A DNA stretch of 32,000 nucleotides from positions 228,866 through 260,865 of the forward strand of contig CAVYPG010000019.1 in assembly GCA_963770335.1 (NCBI GenBank), in the 5' to 3' direction. Positions 17,608 through 26,777 of the stretch are shown one piece after another. Below the pieces are notes generated by a model. It made no database searches. It was not told the DNA's origin and saw nothing but the letters and a program-made list of their open reading frames with translations. Numbering within the stretch: position 1 is the first letter of the stretch; each line of letters opens with the position of its first letter. A program made the position numbers and the translations under genes. Source of the DNA: an uncultured Alphaproteobacteria bacterium. GTDB taxonomy: Bacteria > Pseudomonadota > Alphaproteobacteria > Dongiales > Dongiaceae.

Positions 17608-19395
17608 TTAATATCCGATCGCCGCACCACCGGGCCGCCGGCTGTCATTGGCGCCGTAGAAATGGCCGGGGATCAGCGGAGCGGGGCGGGTGGAATCGTC
17701 GATGCCCGCCGCCGGCGCCGCGGCCGAAGCGGGCGGCCCGATGACGATGGCCTCGACTGCAGCCCAGGCACGCTGGGTCTTGAAGCTATAGCCGGCGGCT
17801 TTCAGCTTCTCTTGCGTATCGGCAGAGAGCGCGAAGGGTTCGAGATAGATCGTGTCGGGCAGCCATTGATGATGGAAGCGCGGCGCGTCGACCGCCGACT
17901 GGATATCCATGCCGTAATCGATCGTGTTGACGATCGTCTCCACCAGGGCGGTGATGATGCGCGCGCCGCCGGGGCTGCCGAGCAAGAGATACGGTTTGCC
18001 ATCCTTGCTGACCAGCACCGGGCTCATCGAACTCAGCGGCCGCTTGCGCGGCTCGATCATGTTGGCCTCGCCCTGGACGAGGCCGAAGCCGTTGGCAGCA
18101 CCGGGCTTCGAGGTGAAATCGTCCATCTCGTCATTGAGGAAGAAGCCGGTGTCGCCGGCGATCACCTTGGCGCCGAAATAATTGTTGATGGTGAAGGTGA
18201 CGCCCACCGCATTGCCCTTGCTGTCGATCACCGAGTAATGCGTCGTCTCGCTGCCTTCTTTATGGGGTGGCGTGTTGGTGGTGAGGCTCGATGACGGCGT
18301 CGCCTTGCCGGGATCGATCGCGGCCCTGATTTTGGCGAGGTAGTCCGCGGAGAGCAGGCGGGCGATGGGGCTCTTGACGAAAGCGGGATCCGCCAGGGTC
18401 GAATTGCGATCGACGAAGGCATGGCGCATCGCCTCGATCATCAGATGCAGGGTTGCCGCGGAGTGATAGCCCAGCGTGCCGAGGGGATAGCCTTCGAGGA
18501 TGCCGAGTATCTCGCAGAGCGTGACGCCGCCGGAGCTGGGCGGGGGAATCGCCGCGATGTCATAGCCACGATAACGGCAGCGCAGCGGCTCGCGCTCGAT
18601 GGCCTGGTAGCCCTTGAAATCCTCGAGGCTGAGAATGCCGCCATTGGCCTGGCTTGCGCTCACGATCGCCTGCGCAATTGGCCCGTTATAGAAGGCGTCC
18701 GGGCCACCGGCCGCGATCTGCTTGAGCGTCGCCGCAAGCTGCGGCTGGGCGAAGCGATCGCCGGCGGCGTAGGGCTTGCCCTTGTTCAGGAAGATCGCGG
18801 CGGCATTGGGTTGTTTGGCGAAATCCTCGGCACCGCCGGCAAGGATCTGCGCATCGGGATCGGCGAGCACGAAACCCTGTTCGGCGAGAGCGATGGCGGG
18901 CGCCATCACCTGCCGGCGGGTCATGCTGCCGTATTTGGCCAGCGCCATGTCCAAGCCCGCGACCGTTCCCGGCACCCCGATGGCCTTGTAGCCATCGCTG
19001 CTCGCATCCGGAATCACATTGCCTGCCTTGTCGAGATACATGCCGGGCATGGCTGCCAGCGGCGCCGTCTCGCGGAAGTCGATGACAGTGTCTTTGCCGG
19101 AGGCGAGATGGATCAGCATGAATCCGCCGCCGCCGATATTCCCGCAGCAGGGATGGGTAACGGCCAGCGCGTAACCGACCGCAACCGCGGCATCCACGGC
19201 ATTGCCCCCTTGTTTCAGGATATCGACGCCGACCTGGGAGGCCAGGCGCTGGGCGCTGACCACCATGCCCTGGCTGGCTTCGACCGGGGGCAGCGAGGCG
19301 GCCCGGGCCAGCTGCAAAGGGCCGCTGACTGCCAGGATGAGGAACGCCGCCTGCGAGGCCGCGAACAGGGGAACACACCAGCTATTGCGTTGCAT
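17608..19395 (-). CDS. ggt: Gamma-glutamyltransferase (periplasmic, signal peptide present)
   Basis: 595 aa with GGT hallmarks GGNAVDAAVA, CGNIGGGGF, the catalytic-Thr region ETTHYSVIDSKGNAV, and GSPGGARI. Confidence 0.93.
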   Translation of the reverse strand: MQRNSWCVPLFAASQAAFLILAVSGPLQLARAASLPPVEASQGMVVSAQRLASQVGVDILKQGGNAVDAAVAVGYALAVTHPCCGNIGGGGFMLIHLASGKDTVIDFRETAPLAAMPGMYLDKAGNVIPDASSDGYKAIGVPGTVAGLDMALAKYGSMTRRQVMAPAIALAEQGFVLADPDAQILAGGAEDFAKQPNAAAIFLNKGKPYAAGDRFAQPQLAATLKQIAAGGPDAFYNGPIAQAIVSASQANGGILSLEDFKGYQAIEREPLRCRYRGYDIAAIPPPSSGGVTLCEILGILEGYPLGTLGYHSAATLHLMIEAMRHAFVDRNSTLADPAFVKSPIARLLSADYLAKIRAAIDPGKATPSSSLTTNTPPHKEGSETTHYSVIDSKGNAVGVTFTINNYFGAKVIAGDTGFFLNDEMDDFTSKPGAANGFGLVQGEANMIEPRKRPLSSMSPVLVSKDGKPYLLLGSPGGARIITALVETIVNTIDYGMDIQSAVDAPRFHHQWLPDTIYLEPFALSADTQEKLKAAGYSFKTQRAWAAVEAIVIGPPASAAAPAAGIDDSTRPAPLIPGHFYGANDSRRPGGAAIGY

Positions 19396-19664
19396 CGCTT
19401 AACCTCGCTTAGCCCTTGGGCGAACGGTCATGCAGAACCCTAGAGCAAGATCGGACCCGGTTGAATTAACCTGATCCGCAAATCCCGGCATTTGCGAGAA
19501 AAGGATTGATTTTCGGCCCGATATGAACGATCAAGCCTCACAGAATTGTTGGCCTTGGCGATTGGTTGCCGCGCGCTGGGGCATTTCAAACGACATTCTC
19601 CGAAAAACCCCTGCAGGGTGACTTCCGGTGCGCGGCTTGTTGCGATCTGACAAGGAGAGGCCAC

Positions 19665-19868
19665 ATGGCCACAGGTACGGTTAAGTTCTTCAATACGACA
19701 AAGGGTTTCGGTTTCATCCAGCCGGAAGACGGTTCCAAGGATGTGTTCGTGCACATCAGCGCCGTCGAGCGGTCGGGGATGACCACCCTGCGCGAAGGTC
19801 AGAAGGTGTCGTTCGACACCATGACCGAGCGTGGCAAGACAGCGGCGACGAATCTGAAGGCCGTCTAA
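19665..19868 (+). CDS. cspA: Cold-shock protein (CspA family)
   Basis: [34 protein letters not shown] contains the RNP1/RNP2 motifs. AAGGAGAGG SD. Long upstream leader region. Confidence 0.93.
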   Translation: MATGTVKFFNTTKGFGFIQPEDGSKDVFVHISAVERSGMTTLREGQKVSFDTMTERGKTAATNLKAV

Positions 19869-19895
19869 GCCAAGACTTGAGATTCTAGCAGTTAC

Positions 19896-19938
19896 GGGGC
19901 TGCCCGCGCCGCAAGGCCTGGGTGGCCCCGATGCTTTT
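19896..19938 (+). terminator. Rho-independent terminator of cspA
   Basis: The hairpin at 19896-19929 has about 15 pairs, including 3 G-U pairs and 1 mismatch, and closes on a GCAA tetraloop. It is followed by GATGCTTTT. Confidence 0.6.
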
Positions 19939-19980
19939 GGGGCCGACGCTTTTGGGGCAATGCGTCCCGAGGGCAGGCGC

Positions 19981-20202
19981 CTATTCTTCCGTTTCCATCA
20001 TGGAGAGTGCCGCCTGCTGGCTGCCTGGCTTCAACCGGGTGAACAGGGCGCGCGCTTTTTTCACATCCTCGGCACTGCCGTCGGCCGCTGCCTTTCGCAT
20101 GGCGAGCGTGGCGGGGTGATCGGCGCCGCAGATAAAGTTCAACGCCTGGGCCAGTTTCGTCAGCGCTGCCTTGTCGGCAGCAAGGGGTGTGTCAGGTTTC
20201 AT
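19981..20202 (-). CDS. Small hypothetical protein (73 aa)
   Basis: MKPDTPLAADKAALTKLAQALNFICGADHPATLAMRKAAADGSAEDVKKARALFTRLKPG... has coding-like composition. The start was chosen at the internal ATG at 20202, and the longer 20343 start is not excluded. Confidence 0.5.
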   Translation of the reverse strand: MKPDTPLAADKAALTKLAQALNFICGADHPATLAMRKAAADGSAEDVKKARALFTRLKPGSQQAALSMMETEE

Positions 20203-20279
20203 GAGGACGTTTCTGTTAGGGCTTGGACGAGTCGCATTGTCAGACTGGGGCGTGACGATGGCAAGCGCTGCTCCTGCCG

Positions 20280-20304
20280 GGAACAGATCGCCCCGGTAGT
20301 TGTT
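20280..20304 (+). promoter_or_regulatory. Weak EcfG-type motif GGAAC-N16-TGTT upstream of the ABC membrane-domain gene
   Basis: GGAAC at 20280-20284, a 16-nt spacer, then TGTT at 20301-20304. It lies about 30 nt before the ATG at 20336. Confidence 0.25.
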
Positions 20305-20335
20305 AAACTGAGGGATGTTCGACGCCCAGGCCGCA

Positions 20336-21307
20336 ATGCCCAAATACGTCTACCAGTACATATGGAGTGTCTCCGGGCGCCGCCAAGTAATGCTTTGCAT
20401 CCTGACGGGGATCGTCGTCGCCTTGACGGCGGCACCGCTCGAACTTCAACGGCGCATCACCGACGATGCGTTCGGGCCAAAGAATCTCAATCTCCTCATC
20501 GTCTATTGCGCGATCTATCTGCTGCTGCTGGTGGTGCAGGGCACGACCAAGTATTTCCTCAATCTCAGCCGAGGGCGCACGGTCGAGATCGTCTCAAGGC
20601 TGCTGCGCCTGCAGATTTTCACTCATCTCAGCGAGCTCATGGCGAAAGAAAAGGACGAGGCGCCCGCCCCGGCCGCGCGCGGTGCGACGGTCTCGATGAT
20701 CTCCTCCGAAGCGGAAGATTTGGCTGGCTTCGTCGGCGACAGTTTTTCCATGCCGCTGCAACAGGGCGGTACGGCCGTCGCCATCTTCGGCTATCTCATC
20801 TGGGTCAACCCGATGATCGCGGGTTTCGCCGCCATCCTTTATCTGCCGCAACTTTTCGTCGTTCCGCCGACCCAGCATGGGATCAATCGCAACTCGGTCA
20901 CCTACGCCAAGACGCTGCGCAAGGTGGGCGACATCGTTGTCGGCCTGACCAGCGGCAAGGGCGGCAATGGCAGCAGGGCCGGCCAGTTCAAGCGCATGGT
21001 CAATCGCGCCTTCGATTTGCGCATCCGCATTTACCGGATGAAGTTCTTCCTGACCGCGCTGGGGAATTTTCTCGATGCCCTGGGGCCGCTGATCGTGTTT
21101 GCCATCGGCGGCTGGCTGGTTATTCAGGGCCGCGTACCGGTCAGCACTATCGTCGTGTTCATCTCCGGCGTGCAGAAGGTGTCCGATCCCTGGGACCAGC
21201 TGATTACCTTTTACCGGACGGCTTCCAACAGCCAGGCGAAATACGAGCTGATCCGCGACACGCTGGAAGGTGGCGCACCGGTGCGGCCGCGCCTCAGGCG
21301 GAAATGA
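20336..21307 (+). CDS. ABC exporter-type six-TM membrane domain protein lacking a nucleotide-binding domain
   Basis: The sequence resembles a type-I ABC exporter TMD (YIWSVSGRRQVMLCILTGIVVALTAAPLELQRRI..., ...FYRTASNSQAKYELI). It ends where a Walker A domain would normally begin. The start could be 20315. Confidence 0.7.
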   Translation: MPKYVYQYIWSVSGRRQVMLCILTGIVVALTAAPLELQRRITDDAFGPKNLNLLIVYCAIYLLLLVVQGTTKYFLNLSRGRTVEIVSRLLRLQIFTHLSELMAKEKDEAPAPAARGATVSMISSEAEDLAGFVGDSFSMPLQQGGTAVAIFGYLIWVNPMIAGFAAILYLPQLFVVPPTQHGINRNSVTYAKTLRKVGDIVVGLTSGKGGNGSRAGQFKRMVNRAFDLRIRIYRMKFFLTALGNFLDALGPLIVFAIGGWLVIQGRVPVSTIVVFISGVQKVSDPWDQLITFYRTASNSQAKYELIRDTLEGGAPVRPRLRRK

Positions 21308-21785
21308 CGATGCCGTGCTCCTCGACGGGGACTTCGTCGCAATTCGTGCCGGGGCCGCCGCGATCGACGATCAGGAAATCGGCGGCATGATCGAGCGCCA
21401 GCAGCGGGTGATGCCAGGTGCCGGCGCGGTAGTTGATCCCCTGGCGGCCATTGCTGATGAAGGCGCGGATATCTTCGCTGCGAGGAGATGGCCCTGCCGG
21501 CGCCACGACGATCAGGAAGGGCGCGCTCGATAGCGGCATGAAGACCTGGCTCGACAACGGGTGCCGTTCCATGAGGCGTAATCGCACCGGCAGGCGCACC
21601 GGCTTTGCCTGGCACAGGCTGATCAGCGGCCGGCCGCCCTCGGCCCCTACATCGATCTTCGCCAGATCGGAATAGCGCTCGGCCATGCCGGCATTGATTG
21701 AATAGTGATCGCGGCCCGTCGTCTCGATCACATCGCCGTATGGTGCAAAAGCGGCGGCGGTCAGCGGTGCCGGCCGGAGGTTCAT
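21294..21785 (-). CDS. allA: Ureidoglycolate lyase (AllA family)
   Basis: MNLRPAPLTAAAFAPYGDVIE...NAGMAERY...ERHPLSSQVFMPL...GTWHHPL. 163 aa. Confidence 0.88.
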   Translation of the reverse strand: MNLRPAPLTAAAFAPYGDVIETTGRDHYSINAGMAERYSDLAKIDVGAEGGRPLISLCQAKPVRLPVRLRLMERHPLSSQVFMPLSSAPFLIVVAPAGPSPRSEDIRAFISNGRQGINYRAGTWHHPLLALDHAADFLIVDRGGPGTNCDEVPVEEHGIVISA

Positions 21786-21795
21786 GGCTGCCGCC

Positions 21796-22794
21796 TCAGC
21801 CGAGCTGGCCGTGCAGGCGCAGGCGGCTCATGCCGCCATCGGGGATGATGTTCAGCCGGACATGGCTGATAGGGCCGATATCGACCAGTTCGCGCTCGAA
21901 GCGGTGGATGCGGTTCATCTCCAGCTTCTGCTCCGGCAGCAGGGTGCGCCAGAACATCGCCTGGGTGACGAGCGAATCCTCCGTGCCGCCGGTGACATTC
22001 GCCGCCTGGATCGAGCAGCGATCGGGATAATTGCCCTTGAAGTGGGCGGTATCGACCTCGATGCGGCGGATCGTGCCGCGATGGCCCAGCGCCAGGATCG
22101 CCCAGTCATTGCCAGGCTCCCGCCGACGCCTCGTCTCCCAGCCATCGGCCATGCTGGACGCCCGGCCCGGCGCGATCAGATTCTGCGGCCGGCCATAATG
22201 CTGGTCGTTGCAGGCGATCGCCCGCCCGCCATTCTCCAGGGCAGCGAGATCCACCAGGGCTTTGCGGTCCGCCTTGCTCCAGTCGATATGGATCTGGCCA
22301 TAGACGCGAAGACGCGCCACGCCGCCATCGGGATAAATGTTGAGCCGCAGATGACTCCAGACCTGGTCGCTGGCAATGGCGAGAAAGTTGTGCGAATTAC
22401 CGGCGAGATTGGTCGATGGCAGGATTTCCACCCAGGCCGCATCCGCTTCCGGATCTTCATCGCCCTGCCAGGCATCGATGGAGGCGGCAGGCGGATAATT
22501 CCCGGTGAAGTGGCTGGTATCGATGTCGACGCCCTTGACGGTGCCGGGCCGGCCCAGCCGCACGACGCAGAAGTCATGGCCTTCGCTGCGCTTGCGCCGG
22601 CTTTCCCAGCCATCCATCCACTTGCCGTTGTCGTCATATTTGCCCGGGATGAAGACGGCGGGCTCCGGGCTCAGCATGCGCTCCTTCGGCGCGAAGAATT
22701 CGTCGCTGGCCAGGATCGCTGCACCCCCCAGCCGCGGTTGGGCAAGATCGGTCCAGAGCCGGGCGAAATCCGGCAGGTTGTTCGCCTCGTTCAT
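21796..22794 (-). CDS. alc: Allantoicase
   Basis: Two allantoicase repeats (GWESRRKR...[18 protein letters not shown] and GWETRRRR...[16 protein letters not shown]). The start at 22794 forms an ATGA overlap with the puuE stop. The 122 aa upstream in track ORF 21796..23160 overlap puuE out of frame. Confidence 0.9.
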   Translation of the reverse strand: MNEANNLPDFARLWTDLAQPRLGGAAILASDEFFAPKERMLSPEPAVFIPGKYDDNGKWMDGWESRRKRSEGHDFCVVRLGRPGTVKGVDIDTSHFTGNYPPAASIDAWQGDEDPEADAAWVEILPSTNLAGNSHNFLAIASDQVWSHLRLNIYPDGGVARLRVYGQIHIDWSKADRKALVDLAALENGGRAIACNDQHYGRPQNLIAPGRASSMADGWETRRRREPGNDWAILALGHRGTIRRIEVDTAHFKGNYPDRCSIQAANVTGGTEDSLVTQAMFWRTLLPEQKLEMNRIHRFERELVDIGPISHVRLNIIPDGGMSRLRLHGQLG

Positions 22795-23781
22795 GTCGTC
22801 TTGTTCCCCGTCGTCTGGCCATCGGCGGCTTTTGCGCCTGCATAGGGATAGCGCGCCTGCCAGTGTTTGGCGATGTCGATGCGCCGGCAGACCCAGACCT
22901 TGGGATGCTGGAGGGCGTAGTTGATGAACCGCGCGAGGGCGGCGATGCGCCCTGGCCGGCCGACCAGCCGGCAATGGAGACCGACCGACATCATCTTGGG
23001 CGCCGTCTCGCCCTCGGCATAAAGCGTGTCGAAGGCATCGCGCAGATAGGCATAGAACTGGTCGCCGGAATTGAAGCCCTGCATGGCGGCAAAGCGCATG
23101 TCGTTGGCGTCCAGCGTGTAGGGCACGATGAGCTGATGCTTGCCGGCGATCTCGACCCAATAGGGCAGATCGTCGGCGTAGCTGTCGGCATCATAGAGAA
23201 AGCCGCCATCCTCGGCGACCAGCCGGCGGGTATTTGTGCTGACCCGGCCAAGATACCAGCCCGGTCGGCCGGCTGCCGGTCAGCTTCGCATGCAGCTCGA
23301 TGGCCTTGGCCATATGCTCGCGCTCGACCTCTTCGGGCATGAACTGGTAGTCGATCCAGCGATAGCCGTGGGTGGCGATCTCCCAATCCGCCGCCAGCAT
23401 CGCTTCCACCGCAGCGGGGTTGCGCGCCATGGCCATGGCGACGCCATAGACGGTGACGGGCAGGTGACGGCCGGTGAACAGGCGATGCAGGCGCCAGAAA
23501 CCGGCACGGCTGCCATATTCGTAGACCGATTCCGTGTTGACGTTGCGGATGCCGGGAATTGGCTGAGCCCCAACCGTCTCCGTCAGGAAGGCTTCGCAGG
23601 CCGGATCGCCATGGAGGATGTTGTTCTCGCCGCCCTCCTCGTAATTGATGACGAATTGCAGCGCGAGGCGCGCATTGCCGGGCCAATGGGCGTGCGGCGG
23701 CTTGGCGCCATAGCCTGCCATGTCGCGGGGATAATCCGCGAACTCGGCAGGCACTTCCGGCTTGTGAATGTCGCGCGCCAT
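22791..23781 (-). pseudogene. puuE: Allantoinase PuuE (polysaccharide-deacetylase type) with one +1 frameshift
   Basis: YPRDMAGYGAKPPHAHWPGNARLALQFVINYEEGGE...HGYRWIDYQ is in one frame. [34 protein letters not shown]...[12 protein letters not shown]...[12 protein letters not shown] is in the next. The extra base is at about 23259. Length minus 1 gives 329 aa. Confidence 0.88.
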
Positions 23782-23871
23782 GCGTTGAACTCTCTCGCTG
23801 CTGCGAGGAAGAGTTTAGGGACGCCACCGCCCCGGCGCAACCGAGGCGGGCAGGGACGCGGGGGCTTGAGC

Positions 23872-25146
23872 TTAAGCCGCGCTCTTCGCCGCCAGGCTGC
23901 GTGCGGCCGGCTCTTTATGAAAGCGCCCATCCTTCATGATGGCGAGCAACCGGCCGGCATCCTGCAGGATCTTGATGTCGCTCGAGGGATCGCCATCCAC
24001 CAGCAGCAGGTCGGCGAGCGCGCCCTGTTTGATCACGCCGAGTTCGCCGGGCTTCATCATGATCTCACCGCCCCAGCGGGTGGCGGCAATAATCGCCTCC
24101 ATCGGGGTAAAGCCGAACAGATTGACGAAATGCTCGAGGTCGCGCGCATCGTCGCCGATGCGGTTCCAGGCAAAACCGTAATCGCCGCCCGGCAGGATGC
24201 GAACACCGCGCTTCTTGAGGTCGCGCATGGCGAGCGCCCCCTGTTCCATCTCGCGGCGCATGCCCATGCCGGTGGCGGCCTCGGTGGTGATGCCCCATTT
24301 CTGCGCTTCGAACAGGGTCGAATAGGTGATGCCGATGGTGGGCATGACGAAGACGCGATCCTTCGCCGCCTCCAGCGCGTCGCGTGCCTTTTCGTCAGCA
24401 AAGGTTGCGTGATTGATCAGCTGCACGCCATGCTTCACGCAGAGTTCCACTGCATTGCTGCTGCGGGCGTGGGCTGCGATACGCTTGCCATGGGCCCGGC
24501 CGACCTCGCAGACCGCGTCGATTTCGGCCTCGGTCATCACCGTCTGCTCGGCGCGGGCATGGGGCACGAATTCGTCGCCCGATGGATTGATCTTCAGCGT
24601 GTCGACGCCCTCGCGCACATAGGTGCGCGCTGTCCTGCGGAATTCATCGGCCCCGTCGCAGATCACGGCGAAGGTCTCGCGGTGGCGGTGATAAAGGCGC
24701 ACATCGCCCAGGCCCGCGGTCGGCGTCATCTCCGGCGTGGCGGCGAGCATGCGCGGGCCCGGGATCTGGCCCGCATCGATGGCGTTGCGGATAACGACGT
24801 CGAGGCGTGGCTTGGCCGCCGCCATGGAGTTCAGGCTGGTGAAGCCACGATCGAGATAGATGCGGGCATTCTCCGCCGCCAGCAGCGTGTGTTCTTCCGG
24901 CGGAATATCGCCCAGCGAATGCAGATCCGGCGTATTGGCGAAGCTGACATGGGCATGGGCTTCGACCATGCCCGGCATCAGCGTGGCGCCGCCCGCATCG
25001 ATAGGACGGGCATTGTCGCGTGGCACGCTCGTGCCATCGCGCGCGATGGCCGCGATGCGGTTGCCCTGGATGCGGACTTCACCGGGGAACGGCTTGGCAC
25101 CACTGCCGTCGATGATGTTCACATTGCTGAAGACGATGGCGTCCAT
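23872..25146 (-). CDS. Metal-dependent amidohydrolase-family protein (424 aa), substrate unknown
   Basis: The N-terminal beta-sandwich plus TIM-barrel pattern (IIDGSG..., MPGMVEAHAHV) is typical of the amidohydrolase superfamily. GGGAGGA SD. Confidence 0.8.
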   Translation of the reverse strand: MDAIVFSNVNIIDGSGAKPFPGEVRIQGNRIAAIARDGTSVPRDNARPIDAGGATLMPGMVEAHAHVSFANTPDLHSLGDIPPEEHTLLAAENARIYLDRGFTSLNSMAAAKPRLDVVIRNAIDAGQIPGPRMLAATPEMTPTAGLGDVRLYHRHRETFAVICDGADEFRRTARTYVREGVDTLKINPSGDEFVPHARAEQTVMTEAEIDAVCEVGRAHGKRIAAHARSSNAVELCVKHGVQLINHATFADEKARDALEAAKDRVFVMPTIGITYSTLFEAQKWGITTEAATGMGMRREMEQGALAMRDLKKRGVRILPGGDYGFAWNRIGDDARDLEHFVNLFGFTPMEAIIAATRWGGEIMMKPGELGVIKQGALADLLLVDGDPSSDIKILQDAGRLLAIMKDGRFHKEPAARSLAAKSAA

Positions 25147-25245
25147 GGTTGTCCTCCCGGGCGTTTAGTTGGATGATTTTCCGCAAGTTTAGCAAACACG
25201 CGCCCGGCTGCCGATATGAGTCTTTCGGGGGCAAATGAATCGCCG

Positions 25246-25276
25246 TTGACATTTGTTTAGTTTAGTTCAGTATAGT
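25246..25276 (+). promoter_or_regulatory. Sigma70-like promoter candidate (TTGACA-N19-TATAGT) in an AT-rich TTTAG-repeat patch
   Basis: TTGACA at 25246-25251 and TATAGT at 25271-25276. The 19-nt spacer is longer than optimal and contains GTTTAG TTTAG TTCAG. Confidence 0.35.
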
Positions 25277-25420
25277 TTATGTCGAGCCCGCCGACGGCGT
25301 CGGCTGATAGATGGTCAACGTCGGTCTCATAGTACGAGGTGTCGCCAGAGACGTAGGCTGCCAATACGCGAAACCGCGAGCGGGAAGACTCGCCGGAATT
25401 TAAATCTTGGGAGGATACAG

Positions 25421-26749
25421 ATGCGAGTGTGGAAAACGCTTATGACGGCGGCGGTGGTTGCCGCGGCCGGAGCACTGGCCCCGTTCAGTGCGCATGCACA
25501 GGATAAATCGCTTACTCTCTGCTGGGCCGCCTGGGACCCGGCGAACGCTCTGGTGGAGCTCTCGAAGGACTTCACTGCCGAGAGCGGCATCAAGATGAAG
25601 TTCGAGTTCGTTCCCTGGACCAGCTATGCCGACCGCTTTCTGAATGAACTGAATTCCCACGGCAAGCTTTGCGATCTGATCATCGGCGACAGCCAGTGGA
25701 TCGGCGGCGCCGCCGAGAACGGCCACTACGTCAAGATGAACGACTTCTTCGACAAGAACGGCATCAAGATGTCGGATTTCCTGCCGGCGACGGTGGTGGG
25801 CTATTCCGAATGGCCGAAGAACACGCCCAATTACTGGGCGCTGCCGGCCATGGGCGACGTGGTCGGCTGGACCTATCGCAAGGACTGGTTCCAGCGTCCG
25901 GAAATCCAGGCGGCGTACAAGGCGAAATACGGCCACGACCTGGCTCCGCCGGCAACCTATGACGAGCTGAAGAACATCGCGGAGTTCTTTCAGGGCCGCG
26001 AAATCGACGGCAAGAAGGTCTACGGCGCCTCGATCTATACCGAGCGCGGCTCCGAAGGCATCACCATGGGCGTGACCAACGTCCTCTACGATTGGGGCTT
26101 CGAGTATCAGAACCCGAAGAAGCCTTATGACATGGAGGGCTTCGTCAATTCGCCCGACGCCATCAAGGGGCTGGAATTCTACAAGGATCTCTACAAATGC
26201 TGTACGCCCCCCGGCGCCACCAACGTCTATATGGGTGAATCGGCCGACGCCTTCAAATCGGGCCAGGTCGCACTCCATATGAACTTCGCCTTCACCTGGC
26301 CGGGCCTCTACAAGGACCCGAATGTCGGCGGCGACAAGATCGGCTTCTTCCCCAATCCGGCCGAGAAGCAACACTTTGCCCAGCTCGGCGGCCAGGGAAT
26401 CTCGGTGGTCTCCTACTCCGACCACCAGGAAGACGCGTTCAAGTACATCAAGTGGTTCGTCAAGCCCGAGGTGCAGAAGAAGTGGTGGGCTCTCGGCGGC
26501 TACTCCTGCGCGCTCTCGGTGCTCAACGATCCGAACTTCGTGAACACGGCGCCTTACGCCAAGACGTTCCTGGACTCGATGGCCATCGTGAAGGACTTCT
26601 GGGCCGAGCCTTCCTATGCTGAGCTGTTGCTCGACATGCAGAAGCGAATCCACGACTACGTGGTCGCTGACAAGGGCACGGCCAAGGAAGCGCTCGATGC
26701 GCTGGTCAAGGACTGGGAGAAGGTCTTCAAGGACGAAGGCAAGATCTAG
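25421..26749 (+). CDS. ABC transporter substrate-binding protein (carbohydrate/polyol, family 1)
   Basis: Signal peptide MRVWKTLMTAAVVAAAGALAPFSAHA followed by SBP_bac_1-like sequence. GGGAGGA SD. The upstream part of track ORF 25253..26749 is non-coding. Confidence 0.88.
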   Translation: MRVWKTLMTAAVVAAAGALAPFSAHAQDKSLTLCWAAWDPANALVELSKDFTAESGIKMKFEFVPWTSYADRFLNELNSHGKLCDLIIGDSQWIGGAAENGHYVKMNDFFDKNGIKMSDFLPATVVGYSEWPKNTPNYWALPAMGDVVGWTYRKDWFQRPEIQAAYKAKYGHDLAPPATYDELKNIAEFFQGREIDGKKVYGASIYTERGSEGITMGVTNVLYDWGFEYQNPKKPYDMEGFVNSPDAIKGLEFYKDLYKCCTPPGATNVYMGESADAFKSGQVALHMNFAFTWPGLYKDPNVGGDKIGFFPNPAEKQHFAQLGGQGISVVSYSDHQEDAFKYIKWFVKPEVQKKWWALGGYSCALSVLNDPNFVNTAPYAKTFLDSMAIVKDFWAEPSYAELLLDMQKRIHDYVVADKGTAKEALDALVKDWEKVFKDEGKI

Positions 26750-26777
26750 TTCGATCATTACGGCGCCTCGGCGCCGC

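Noticed and set aside
18421-19443. 340-aa plus-strand ORF
   Set aside because: It lies entirely antisense to ggt, which is unambiguous, and has shadow-ORF composition.
21784-22845. 353-aa plus-strand ORF
   Set aside because: It is antisense to allantoicase and has shadow-ORF composition.
23236-25176. 646-aa plus-strand ORF, the longest in the track
   Set aside because: It is antisense to puuE and the amidohydrolase, both of which have clear family signatures. Its Arg/Ala/Gly/His-rich low-information composition is typical of shadow ORFs in high-GC DNA.
25400-26758. 452-aa minus-strand ORF
   Set aside because: It is antisense to the well-supported ABC substrate-binding protein gene and has no motifs.
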